Assembly (NCBI GenBank): GCA_950097015.1
Contig: CATNEN010000025.1
Coordinates: 5,890,001-5,954,000, forward strand
Direction: 5' to 3'
Length of the DNA stretch: 64,000 bases
Source: Macrostomum hystrix
Lineage: Eukaryota > Animalia > Platyhelminthes
The notes under the pieces are model-generated. The model made no database searches. It had not been told where the DNA came from and was given only the letters and a program-made list of their open reading frames with translations. Positions 23,470 through 36,311 of this stretch are shown here, piece by piece (positions within the stretch are counted from its first letter, which is position 1; every line of letters starts with the position of its first letter). Made by a program: the position numbers and the translations under genes.

Positions 23470-26400
23470 ATGGTTGGACGCCTAAAACGAATTGAAATTG
23501 AGAACTTTAAGTCATATAAGGGATTTCAAATAATTGGTCCATTTAAGGATTTTACATCTGTAATTGGACCAAATGGATCAGGTATGCAGCAGAAGCAGGC
23601 GCGTGTTAAAGTTTTTGCATGCAGCTACAGGATTTCTCCGAATTTTTTAATTGTTCTTTTTTGGAATGACTGATAGCATAATTTATACTTTTTGTTATGG
23701 CTTCTTAATTTCTACACATAATTGTATTTCAATCATAAGTGCCAATATAAGTCTGGCTACTAGCGAACTGTCTGTAACTTATGTGTCGAATATCAACATT
23801 CCATATAGAAACAAATCTAAATACTAGGGCCTAGAGTAGTATTCTGCTGAGTACACATTATATTTGGCTCTGGCCAAAATTGTCATATTCCAAATTGTCA
23901 TATGTGGGTTGTAAAAAAAACAACATTATCGAAATCGTCATATTGTTATTTTATTGACTCTGTAAACAGCTTTGTTGAAAGCATATGCAAAGCAAAGCAC
24001 ACACTTTTGGCCTTGTCTCACTTGGCTCTACAAAAATAGGCCCTAATGTCATTTAAGCCACTCAAAGTACATTGCACATTACATAACATGTGCACTGAAT
24101 TTCGTTCAGCATGTAGCTATGTACATGTAACTCAAACATGCCCTTCTATTGCATTGTCATTCCATAGCAATGCCAATTATTTGTATGATGTACTCATGCA
24201 CAAGTACACTGGTACTACAGTTCAAGTTGTTGTGCATGCTGTGAGTTTTATAAACAGGGACACAGCTCTGAGAGCCAAGTCTTTTTTGACTTGATTTGAA
24301 ACAGGAGCATGAGATCTGCAAATACTTGACTATACAAATAGTCAAGATTGTTATATTAAATAGAATATGATGATTTGATCTGTACCCTTATATTTTATTT
24401 CTGTGGCATGATATTCTAGTTTAATGTTAATTTATCACATATATTTCCAATGTTATTGACCATGATTGTAAGGGTTTTTTATTTACTAGTATAACTGAGT
24501 GTTGTTTATAGATGAATTACATTTCATGTGTTTCAAAAGTTACTTACTTTTGATGGTTGACCATCATTTTGTCTGCCAATATATGATATACTCCATTCAT
24601 AACTTATTATGTCATCAAGCTTCATATTGAAAAGTAATGTAAATGTCTTATAACTTATAATTTGGTATAGTGCTATTTTCTGAAAGTTCCAGCGCTAATA
24701 AGTAGCCTATAAATGCACAGATTGATGAGCTAATATATTCACATTACCTGAATTGCACTTTTGATATTGTGCCAATGGTTGTATCTGTCACACTAAAAGG
24801 CATGCTGCCTAGCTATAACAACAGCATGGCAAAGAACACAGTTATTTATGAAAGCTAAAACTAAAGCCATGAAGACTAACATTTTCTTTTTAAAAATAAA
24901 TTTTAAAAATTCTGTTAATATTTTTATGAATGGTGCAATTAAAATGTATTTAAGTTTGTTTCATTTACTACAGTTATCATGATTAATACACTTTCTGTAG
25001 TAAAAAATGTTTTCAAATAATACTTCTTACAGTTCTCATACATTTTTGTAATGTATACATACATACATGATCATACATACATACATTTGTAATGTATGCA
25101 CACCCTTTTGATCATTTTATACTCAGAAAATTAGCTACACTCATAAAATATAAATTAAGTTCTGAATGCCTCACACTTCTGCTTTTAATAAATATAAAAC
25201 AGTGCCTACATTAAAATTGGAATCTCATGTCTATAAAACTTATAGTTCTTTGTTAAAATAGAAATAACATAGACCAGTACATTGTAACATTTGAATTACC
25301 AGTAGAAGTTAAGATGTAGTTTACCTTCTCATGCTTTAAAGTTAAGCAAATGATTGTATATTTTTTTCTCAAACATTTCAAAGCATTACAAAATGCTACC
25401 TAGGTTTTTAATTTTTCTAGAACCTTGAACACATTATTTCCTTTATTGATGATAATTAAAATAGATGATAAATTTTGTCTGAAGCAACCAAGAAATGGAT
25501 AGCGCAATATGCATCTTTTGGTAAAACTTTAATATTCATCATTAAAAATATTAATTAAATATTGTCATTTGACCCTTGATTTTTAACCTGCCTCTACCAT
25601 GCAGCTGTAAAACTATTTATATCTGATTAACTTAAGCAATCTTTCTTTTCCGAATTATTAGGCAAGTCCAACCTCATGGACGCCCTGTCATTTGTGCTGG
25701 GCGATCAGACTCGCCACCTGCGCGTTAAGAAGCTGAGCGAGCTAATTCACGGCGCTGTTGTTGAACGCCCGGTTGCCAAGTCGGCCTTTGTCGCTGTTGT
25801 TTACGAGTCTGAGGACAAACAGGAGATTCGATTTTCGCGACACATTCACGGAAACACGTCGGAGTACAAGATTAATAACCAGGTAACTTTGCCTTCAAAT
25901 ATATTTGAACTTTGCCTTCAAATATATCAAATATATTTTCCTGATTTCCTGATCTCTTGAATGCCTGTATGTAGATACATATACAGGCACCAATTCTCTC
26001 TCAAACACTGTCTCCATAAAGTGAATTTCAAAGCCTATAATATTTTTTCATCCACAGTACGTCCGCGCCGAGGAGTACTCAACTGAGCTCGAGAAGATCC
26101 AGATCTTCATGAAGGGCAAGAATTTCTTAGTGTTCCAGGGCGCAGTTGAGGCCATTGCGTTGAAGAATCCCAAGGAGCGCTGCCAGATGCTTGAAGAGCT
26201 CAGCAAAAGTGTGGAATTAAAAGAGGAATACGACAATGCCAAGGCTGAGATGGAGCAGGTGAATTGCAGCAGCGTGTTTCAGTTTTTGCGGGCTTGCCTC
26301 TCGCACCAAGGTCCCTGAGTTCGATTCCGCGACGAGGCCACATTTATTTTGAGCAGCCGCGGAAAGAAAGCGTGGGAGCTTGTCGTGCAATTTTACGCCC

Positions 26401-29400
26401 TTGAGGGTCAACCTCCAAGACACGGTGAAAATGTACACTGCCTGAGGACACTGAAAGTCAGAGCAGATGTACAGTGTCTGTGTGCGTGTGTGAGGCAACG
26501 CACAAATTGACAGAAATGCCTCCTCGCTGGCTGCAGGTCTATTGCCACCAAATGATGTGACATTGCCTGCAGCCCTCCTGCCATTATTATTATCATCAAT
26601 GTTAGTAATAATAATATTATTATTATGCCCCCCAATCTATTCAGGCCGAGCTGGAGACGCAGACGACCTACAACAAAAAGAAAGGCATGGTTGCCGAACG
26701 CAAAGAGGCCAAGATGGAGAAAGAGGAAGCCGAGAAATTCAAGCGTCTAAAGCAGGAATTCGCCGCTAAACAGATGGATCTGATGCAATTCAAATTGTAC
26801 TACAACGAACAGGAGATTCGCACTGTCAAAGGCGAACTGGAGAGCAAAGAGAAGAGTCTGCAGGTGTGTCCCGAATGGTCTGAGATTATTGGGCTCCAGT
26901 CGTCTATCTGTAGATTGGGATTCTTGGGAGTTTTTACTTCATGCCTTATGGGAGTACTGGGATTTGAAAATTTATCCCTTTATTTATAATTTTTGTAATT
27001 TAGTAGTCAGTTTAAAAAACCAATAAATACGGATTATTAAGATTACATCTTCACTATCTAAATTATGATTACATATTATATGTTTTGCGAATTGGGATTT
27101 TTAGGATTTAAATTGTTTTCTGTCTCTAAATTGATCTTCTTAGGATTTGATTTTTTGTCTTTAAATTGGGATTCTTTTAATTTTAATCTTCTGTCTCTGA
27201 ATTAGGACTCTTGGGATGAAATTCTCAGCCTCTAAATTGGAATTTTTAGGAGTTTTTCTGTAAATTGGTATTCTTAGGATTTACAATATCTTGCGGCAAA
27301 ATGGGATTCTTAACTAACTCCCGCAGGTTGAGCACACTGCCCGAGCTGAGATCGAAGAGGAAATGAAAGGCAAGAAGAAGGAGCAGGCCAAGCTGCAGCG
27401 CGAGGCCAGCCAACTTGAGCAGGAGATTAAGAAATCCGAATTCAAGATCAACAAGAAGAAGCCGGATCACATTCGCTGCAAGGAGCGCATGCGTCATCTG
27501 CAGGTTTGTTTTAGCTGACCTACTCACAGTAGTGTATGTGCGCATCTGCTGCGCTGACAAGGAGTAGCTAAAGATACAGATCTCCACATTTTTTGGTTGG
27601 GGAGGTTGGTGGTTATAAGTCGGACAGACCTCTCACTTTATATTATTAAGCAATGTACTTTATTCCCTTTAAAAAATGCAATAGTTAGGTCTGACCTCTT
27701 GCCAACCCTTGCACTGCAGGACAAGTGCAACGACTGCAAGAAATCGCTGGAGAATGCTCGCCTGGCTAACACGGCCCACGTCCAGGAGACTAGCCACCTG
27801 GAGGCTGAATTGCGCAAAGTGCAAAGCCTTCGCGACGACTGGGAGCAGCGGCAGAGTCAGCAGTACGTCAGCCAAGGCAAGGATCTGCAACTGGCCGACA
27901 CCCAGGTGCAGGAATATAACCGCTTGAAGCAGCAGGTTGCCATAGAAACCGCCGGTATACAAGCTCGACTGGACGATCACGAACGAGAGTACCGTGAGAA
28001 TAAGGACAGCTACGATGCTATGGTGAATTCTTGGGGTTTCTGCGTCAATTGATCAGATTCTGAGACTAGCTTCTATGACAATCAAGTTTTAAGTCTAGCT
28101 TGTGTGTCAATCAGTCAAGTTTAAGTCTAGCTTGTGTGTCAATCAGTCAAGTTTAAGTCTAGCTTGTGTGTCAATCAGTCAAGTTTAAGTCTAGCTTGTG
28201 TGTCAATCAATCAAGTTTAAGTCTAGCTTGTGTGTCAATCAGTCAAGTTTAAGTCTAGCTTGTGTGTCAATCAATCAAGTTTTGAGGCTAGCTTGTGTGT
28301 CAATCAGTCAAGTTTAAGTCTAGCTTGTGTGTCAATCAATCAAGTTTTGAGGCTAGCTTGTGTGTCAATCAATCAAGTTTTGAGGCTAGCTTGTGTGTCA
28401 GTCAGTCAAGTTTGAGTCTAGCTTGTGTGTCAGTCAGTCAAGTTTGAGTCTAGCTTGTGTGTCAGTCAGTCAAGTTTGAGTCTAGCTTGTGTGTCAGTCA
28501 GTCAAGTTTGAGTCTAGCTTGTGTGTCAGTCAGTCAAGTTTGAGTCTAGCTTGTGTGTCAATCAATCAATTTAAGTCTAGCTTGTGTGTCAGTCAGTCAA
28601 GTTTGAGTCTAGCTTGTGTTTCAGTCAGTCAAGGTTGAGTCTAGCTTGTGTGTCGATCACTCAAGTTTTGAGGCTAGCTTGTGTGTCAGTCAGTCAAGGT
28701 TGAGTCTAGCTTGTGTGTCGATCACTCAAGTTTTGAGGCTAGCTTGTGTGTCAATCAATCAAGTTTGAGGCTAGCTTGTGTGTCAATCAATCAATTTTTG
28801 AGGCTAGCTTGTGTGTCGATCAATCAAGTTTTGAGTCTAGCTTGTGTGTCAATCAATCAAGTTTGAGTCTAGCTTGTGTGTCGATCAATCAGATTCAGAG
28901 ATTAGATTCAGTCAGTCAGATTAGGTGGCTAGATTATCTGTCAATTAGTCAGATTCCATTGGCTAGATTATCAAGTCACCTGTTCAAATGCATTTTATCA
29001 GTTTGTCTGCTAGATTTTCTAATTAGATGACAAAGCATCTAGCTAAGAAATATGCGGTCATATTTACTCGCCCATTTTACCCATTATTAATCCGCAGGTG
29101 CGCCACAAGAATGACATTGTAAGCTCCTACAAGCGGAAGGAGACGGAGCTGAGCGAGAATCAGAAGCGCCTGTCCAAGCTCGAAGAGTACATCTCATCCA
29201 GCAGGCAGCAGATTCACGAGCTCCGCCAGATGGCTGATCGTCTAACAGAGGAGATCAACTCAGCCAACGAGCGCCTAGAGAAGCTTCAACAGGAGCTGTC
29301 TGATATCGATCGTCAGCTTGGCGACGCCAGCGTTGAACGAACCGAAAGTTCTCGAGCTCAACGGAAGCGCGAATTGATTGACAATTTGAAACGATTATTT

Positions 29401-32400
29401 CCCAGCGTGTCTGGCCGACTATTGGAGATGTGTGAGCCGTCGCATCGCAAGTATCAGGTGGCTATCACCAAGGTGAGGCGTTACGTGCTTGTTTTTGTTG
29501 TACTAAACTATGCACTTTGTCTTTGTTTTGGATTTTACACAACTCCTTGTAATTATTCAGCTAAATTTGAGCTTTTCTATTGTCATTCGATGAAGTTTTT
29601 GGTATTCTAATTGTTATTGGATTAGGTTTTAGGTGTTCTGATTGTTATTGGATTAGGTTTTAGGTGTTCTGATTGTTATTGGATTAGGTTTTAGGTGTTC
29701 TGATTGTTATTGGATTAGGTTTTAGGTGTTCTGATTGTTATTGGATTAGGTTTTAGGTGTTCTGATTGTTATTGGATTAGGTTTTAGGTGTTCTGATTGT
29801 TATTGGATTAGGTTTTAGGTGTTCTGATTGTTATTGGATTAGGTTTTAGGTGTTCTGATTGTTATTGGATTAGGTTTTAGATGTTCTGATTGTTATTGGA
29901 TTAGGTTTTAGGTGTTCTGATTGTTATTGGATTAGGTTTTAGGTGTTCTGATTGTTATTGGATTAGGTTTTAGGTATTCTAATTGTTATTGGATTATGTT
30001 TTAGGTATTCTAATTGTTATTGGATTAGGTTTTAGGTGTTCTATTTTTATTAGATTTGGTTTTAGGTATTCTAATTGTTATTGGATTAGGTTTTACGTAT
30101 TCTGATTGTTATTGGATTAGGTTTTAGGTGTTCTATTTTTATTAGATTCGGTTTTAGGTGTTCTGATTGTTATTGGATTAGGTTTTAGGTATTCTAATTG
30201 TTATTGGATTAGTTTTTAGGTATTCTAATTGTTATTAGATTAGGTTTTAGGTATTCTAATTGTTATTGGATTAGGTTTTAGGTATTCTAATTGTTATCGG
30301 ATTAGATTTTAGGTGTTCTATTTTGATTAGATTCGGTTTTAGGTGTTCTGATTGTTATTGGATTAGGTTTTAGGTATTCTAATTGTTATCGGATTAGATT
30401 TTAGGTGTTCTATTTTTATTAGATTCGGTTTTAGGTGTTCTGATTGTTATTGGGTTAGGCTTTAGGTATTCTAATTTTTATCCTTTTTTTGGTATTATAT
30501 TTTTTCGGATTCGTTTTTGGTCTTAATATATTGTTTTTGGATCAGGTTTTAGGTTTTATATTGTTGTTGGTTTTGCCAGTAAAGCAATTATTTATCCCAG
30601 CCTCACTAAATGTGATATCGCAGGTGCTAGGCAAGTACATGGACGCCATTGTGGTTGACTCCGAGCGTACCGCCAAAGATTGCATCACCTACATGAAGGA
30701 GCAGCGCCTGGAGCCGGAGACATTCCTGCCCCTCGACTACCTGGACGTGGCGCCCATCGATGAGAAACTTCGCGGCATTAAATCGCCGGAGAATGTCCAC
30801 CTGGTGATTGACGTCATCCACTTCGATCCGCCAACAATTAAAAAGGCTTTACAATTCGCCTGCGGCAACGCTCTAGTCTGTGAAACTGTCGAAGACGCAC
30901 GCTACGTGGCCTACAAAACTGGCCAACGAAAGAAGACTGTAAGCCTGGACGGTACTCTGTTTCAAAAGAGCGGCGTCATCAGCGGAGGCGCCAGCGAGCT
31001 GCGAGCGCGTGCCAGACGCTGGGACGAGAAACAAGTGGCCAATCTCAAGACTAAGAAGGAGAAGCTGCAGGCGGAGCTCAAAGATCTGATGAAGATTAAA
31101 CGGAAAGAGGCCGAGCTCAAGAATGTCCAATCGTCTATTCAGGGTTTGGAGACTAGGCTGAAGTACACCGAGAAGGATCGGGACACGACCGTGAGTGCTC
31201 ATTTGATCGTGTTTTATCTATGGTTGATGACCGATATATTGGATTATGAGCCTGTTTATTGAGCATTCAGCGATACATTGATTCATTGTCATATGACCGA
31301 ATCGTAAGGTAATGACCGAGTCATAAGTTAATTGCCGAGTCGTAGGGTAATGACCGAGTCATAGGGTAATGACCGAGTCTTATGATAATGGCCGATTCAT
31401 AGGGTAATGACCGAGTCATAGGGTAATGACCGAGTCTTATGGTAATGGCCGATTCTTGGGGTAATGACCGAGTCTTATGGTAATGGCCGATTCTTGGGGT
31501 AATGACCGAGTCTTATGGTAATGGCCGATTCATAGGGTAATGACCGATTCATAGGGTAATGACCGAGTCTTATGGTAATGGCCGATTCTTGGGGTAATGA
31601 CCGAGTCATAGGGTAATGACCGAGTCTTATGGTAATGGCCGATTCATAGGGTAATGACCGAGTCTTATGGTAATGGCCGATTCATAGGGTAATGACCGAG
31701 TCATAGGGTAATGACCGAGTCTTTTGGTAATGATCGATTCATAGGGTAATGACCGAGTCGTATGGGAATGACCGATTCATAGGGTAATGACCGAGTCATA
31801 GGGTAATGACGGAGTCGTTGGGTAATGGTCGATTCATACAATAATGAATAATTCTAGTGGGGTGACTAAATAATTATATGATAACCAATTTATAGCTTAA
31901 TTACCTAATTATTGCATAATGACTGAAGCATACAGTTATGACTTACAGCGTGTTGACCAACTTATTGTGTTATCATTAGTGTTTTAATGAGTGAGTGATT
32001 ATCAATAAGTGAATCAACAAGACTTGTGTATTGAAGTTGTAACGGTAGACCTTTTCTTCGCATAGTCATTCGCGTAGTCATCTTGACAATCATTCACTTC
32101 CATATTTATTGTGTGTTTGTATTTGTTAACTGCACTATATAATTATTTCTTTCATTTGAACATTATTTTTATATAGGACTCCGAGGTGAGTATTATCAAG
32201 AAAACTATCAATTGACAATTTTAGGGACGCCGAACGACTAAAACAGTTACCACGCTCTGCTCAACAAAATTGTTGATTGCTATTTTTTTACTGAGTTAAC
32301 ACTGAAACAAATTATGTTGTCCTGTTTTTTGGCTCCCCAGAGAGTCGCGTTGCTATAAAGTTCTACTCATTGTACAGTACGACTTGACTAGTTACTGGTT

Positions 32401-35400
32401 TATGATGCTATTTGACCGGGTTTTATTATTCTTAACTATATTTGCAGGTTAAGTATTATGTGTGGTAGGTATGCAATGACTCGTTTAAACTGGGAAATTA
32501 TTGTACGGGAATTGTGACGCAACTGTAATTTTTTAAAGTTCTATTCAGGATCTAAACTAGGTAAGTGAATAAAAACTAGATTTGACTATTTTTTTCTGTA
32601 TTTTTTTATGCACCGTTGAAGAAAAATATTCGCATTTTTTAAAGCTACTTACTTGTAAGTAGGATAAGCGGATTTTTTCCTTATGATTTAAATTTTTCAA
32701 CAGGAGCAGAAGCTGAAGCAGTCAAACGAGGCCGATCTGACGGACATGGGCGGCGAGTTAACCAAGATTGACGGCGAAGCTGCTAAGCTGCAGATCTGCA
32801 TGCAGCAGACTCACAATCTAATTGAGGCCGAGCGCGAGAAGTTAAACGGTGTCGAGGATATGGTATTTCGCGACTTCTGCGCCCAAATCGGCGTCGATAA
32901 TATTCGTCTGTACGAGGAGAGAGAGCTCAGGGTGAGTTGTATTTTATTATTGCTAACTGTTTAGTGTCTACAAATTTCCATCTTTATGTTCCGATTTCCT
33001 CCGAGGGAGGAGTTCCGCTTCATACGCTTCTTCTCTACTATGAGTAGGCTATCCGCATATATCCATCTGAAATTGATCACAGGTGGCGCAGGACCGCGAC
33101 AAGCGCCGCATGGAGTATCAGCAGCAGATTCAGAAGCTTACTAACCAGCTGGAGTACGAGCGCTCGCGCGACACCGAAGCCGCCATACGCCGCTGGGAGG
33201 AGCTGCTTCAGGAGGAGCGAGCCCAGATGGAGTCGCTGCGCACAGAGGAGCAGAAACTCAAAGAGCAGATCGAACAGGAGGAGGCCAAGAAGAAGACGGC
33301 CGACGGCAAGCTGAAGACCTGTCGGACTCAGCTAGAGAAAATGGAGGAAGAGTTCGGTGAGTCTATTGAGGCCGTCTCTGGCCTGCGAAACTCCTGAATC
33401 CGACCCCTGTCCCCTATCTCTTCTCTCCCCTGTCTCTTCTCTCCCCTGTCTCTTCTCTCCCCTGTCTCTTCTCTCCCCTGTCTCTTCTCTCCCCTGTCTC
33501 TTCTCTCCCTCGTCTCTTCTCTCCCCTGTCTCTAAAAAAACTCGCAAAAATGTTCTCAATTCACTGTTTTGTTAGTGTCCTAATGCCCTGAAGTGATATT
33601 ATTTTAATTATCATGAACTGATTTCATGCAGGCGAGGTGCGACGCCGATTGGGCCTAAAACAGAAGGAGATCACCCGCTGCCAGAAGGAGCTGACCCAGT
33701 GCGAGTCGCGCTTGGAGACCAAACGCTCTCAGCGGCATTCGCTGCTTCGCCAGGCCAAGACGGACGGCCTGGAGCTGCCTCTGCGCCAGGGCTCCATGGA
33801 CGACATCGAGGACGAATACGACGAGGAGAATGTTCAGGCCGATTCGCAGACAGTCTACGCCAAAGAGGAGAACATTGTCATCGATTTTCGAGGCCTGGAC
33901 AAAGCGCTTCGCAAATTTGAAGATCCCAAAGTTATCCAATCCAAAGCGGACAGTCTCAAGAAAGAGGTGGGTACAAATTATCCTACTCAGTATGTTGACT
34001 GCCACTATCCTACTCGATATATTAATGGCCCACTAAATATCCCACTCTGTATTGGGATGGCCCACTAAATATCCCACTCTGTATTGGGATGGCCTAATAA
34101 ATATCCCACTCTGTATTGGGATGGCCCACTAAATATCCCACTCTGTATTGGGATGGCCCACTAAATATCCCACTCTGTATTGGGATGGCCCACTAAATAT
34201 CCCACTCTGTATTGGGATGGCCTAATAAATATCCCACTCTGTATTGGGATGGCCCACTAAATATCCCACTCTGTATTGGGATGGCCCACTAAATATCCCA
34301 CTCTGTATTGGGATGGCCCACTAAATATCCCACTCTGTATTGGGATGGCCCACTAAATATCCCACTCTGTATTGGGATGGCCCACTAAATATCCCACTCT
34401 GTATTGGGATGGCCCACTAAATATCCCACTCTGTATTGGGATGGCCCACTAAATATCCCACTCTGTATTGGGATGGCCTAATAAATATCCCACTCTGTAT
34501 TGGGATGGCCCACTAAATATCCCACCTAACAACTGTCTCCAGGTGGACACCCTGAGCAACCAGCTGCAGAACTTTGCCGGCGTGCCAAATCTGCGAGCCA
34601 GCGACAAGTTGACCACCGTGGAAGCCGAGCTGCGTGAGACGGAGCTTGGCTTCGAGGAGGCGCGCAAGAAGGCCAAGAAGGCCAAGGCCACTTTCGAAAG
34701 CATCAAGAGGCGACGATACGAACGCTTCATGACCTGCTTCAACAGCCTGGCAGACAGCATCGATCCTCTTTACAAGGCTCTTAGCCGCAATTCCGGCGCC
34801 CAAGCCTCCCTATTGCCTAGCAACATGGAGGAGCCCTACCTGGACGAGGTGCAATTCCAATGCGTTGCGCCTGGCAAACGCTTCCAACAGATGGACTCGC
34901 TGTCCGGCGGCGAGAAGACCCTAGCCTCTCTGGCCCTGCTGTTCGCCATGCACAAGTACAACCCGGCACCGTTCTTCTTTCTGGACGAGGTGGACGCTGC
35001 GTTGGACAATACTAACATTGGTGAGAATTTTAGTGTTGGAATGAGAGTGTGCGGTCACGAGGAGTGGGATTTGGGATGCTTTTGGGTGGTATGGGATCTG
35101 GGAAACTTAGGAGTAGAATGGGACTTAGGAAGCTTTGGGGATGGTTAGGTGTGGAATGGGATTTGGGATGGTTAGGTGTGGAATGGGATTTTGGATGCTT
35201 AGGAATGGGATCTGGGATGCTTAGGGATGGAATGGGATTTAGGATGCTTAGGGATGGAATGGGATTTAGGATGCTTAGGGATGGAATGGGATTTAGGATG
35301 CTTAGGGATGGAATGGGATTTAGGATGCTTAGGGATGGAATGGGATTTAAGATGCTTAGGGATGGAATGGGATTTAGGATGCTTAGGGATGGAATGGGAT

Positions 35401-36311
35401 TTAGGATGCTTAGGGATGGAATGGGATTAGGGATGGAATGGGATTTAGGATGCTTAGGGATGGAATGGAATTTGGGGTGGTTAGGTGTGGAATGGGATTA
35501 GGGATGGAATGGGATTTAGGATGCTTAGGGATGGAATGGAATTTGGGGTGGTTAGGTGTGGAATGGGATTTAGGATGCTTAGGGATGGAATGGGATTTGG
35601 GATGCTTAGGGATGGAATGGGATTTAGGATGCTTAGGGATGGAATGGGATTTAGGATGCTTAGGGATGGAATGGAATTTGGGGTGGTTAGGTGTGGAATG
35701 GGATTAGGGATGGAATGGGATTTAGGATGCTTAGGGATGGAATGGGATTTGGGATGGTTAGGTGTGGAATAATATGTGTGAAGCTTAGATTTTGAATGGA
35801 ATTCAAGTGGAATACCGAAAGTTTATTTGTGATGGTAATGGAAATATTAGGTTTGAATTTGAGAGTACGGTATTGCCATTCGGGTGATAAAAGAAAGAAA
35901 AAGATTTTTTGTATATTGCAGTCTTGTTTACTAAAATGAGTAACCTTATAATTCGGTTAGTTAAACCTTCTGAGGGATTTTTAGGTGAGTCAGGGAGATA
36001 TTTTGAAGCGAGTCAAGAAGTGTCTGTGCCCCGTTCGTATTCTTGGAATTCATACCACCCACATTGCAGGCAAAGTGGCCTCATTCATCAAGGAGTACGC
36101 GGCCACCCAGTGCCAGGTGATCGTGATCTCGCTGAAGGAGGAATTCTACGGCCGAGCCGATGCGCTGATTGGCATCTGTCCGGAGAATGACAACAATTGC
36201 CTGGTGTCCAGGGTGCTAACACTGGACCTTGGGCCGTACTCGGACACCATGCAGGAGCCCTTGGTGCACGGTCAGCAACAGCAGCAGCAGGCAACTCCGA
36301 GCAAAGGCTGA
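23470..36311 (+). CDS. SMC1: Structural maintenance of chromosomes protein 1 (cohesin SMC1), 1243 aa; exons 23470..23581, 25662..25882, 26058..26258, 26645..26863, 27327..27503, 27720..28022, 29098..29472, 30624..31190, 32704..32931, 33083..33356, 33632..33966, 34543..35020, 36070..36311
   Basis: Walker A GPNGSG|KS, hinge GVISGG, signature LSGGEK, Walker [14 protein letters not shown]-terminal [10 protein letters not shown]. 13 GT-AG exons sum to 3732 nt in one frame. Confidence 0.96.
26268..26626 (+). mobile_element. tRNA-derived SINE-like element filling most of SMC1 intron 3
   Basis: tRNA-like head with B-box gagttcgattcc (26317-26328), ~250-bp body, (ATT/TAA)n simple-repeat tail just before the 3' splice site. 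Confidence 0.45.
28075..28895. repeat. 32-33-bp minisatellite in SMC1 intron 6
   Basis: Unit aagtctagcttgtgtgtcaatcagtcaagttt. Confidence 0.95.
29598..30480. repeat. 31-bp minisatellite in SMC1 intron 7
   Basis: Unit attgttattggattaggttttaggtgttctg. Confidence 0.95.
31310..31835. repeat. 19-bp minisatellite in SMC1 intron 8
   Basis: Unit agggtaatgaccgagtcat with alternating variants. Confidence 0.93.
33404..33531. repeat. 16-bp pyrimidine repeat in SMC1 intron 10
   Basis: Unit ttctctcccctgtctc, about 8 copies. Confidence 0.92.
34026..34524. repeat. 32-bp minisatellite in SMC1 intron 11
   Basis: Unit ctctgtattgggatggcccactaaatatccca; fills most of the intron. Confidence 0.96.
35065..35770. 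repeat. 27-bp G-rich minisatellite in SMC1 intron 12
   Basis: Unit gggatttaggatgcttagggatggaat. Confidence 0.94.
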
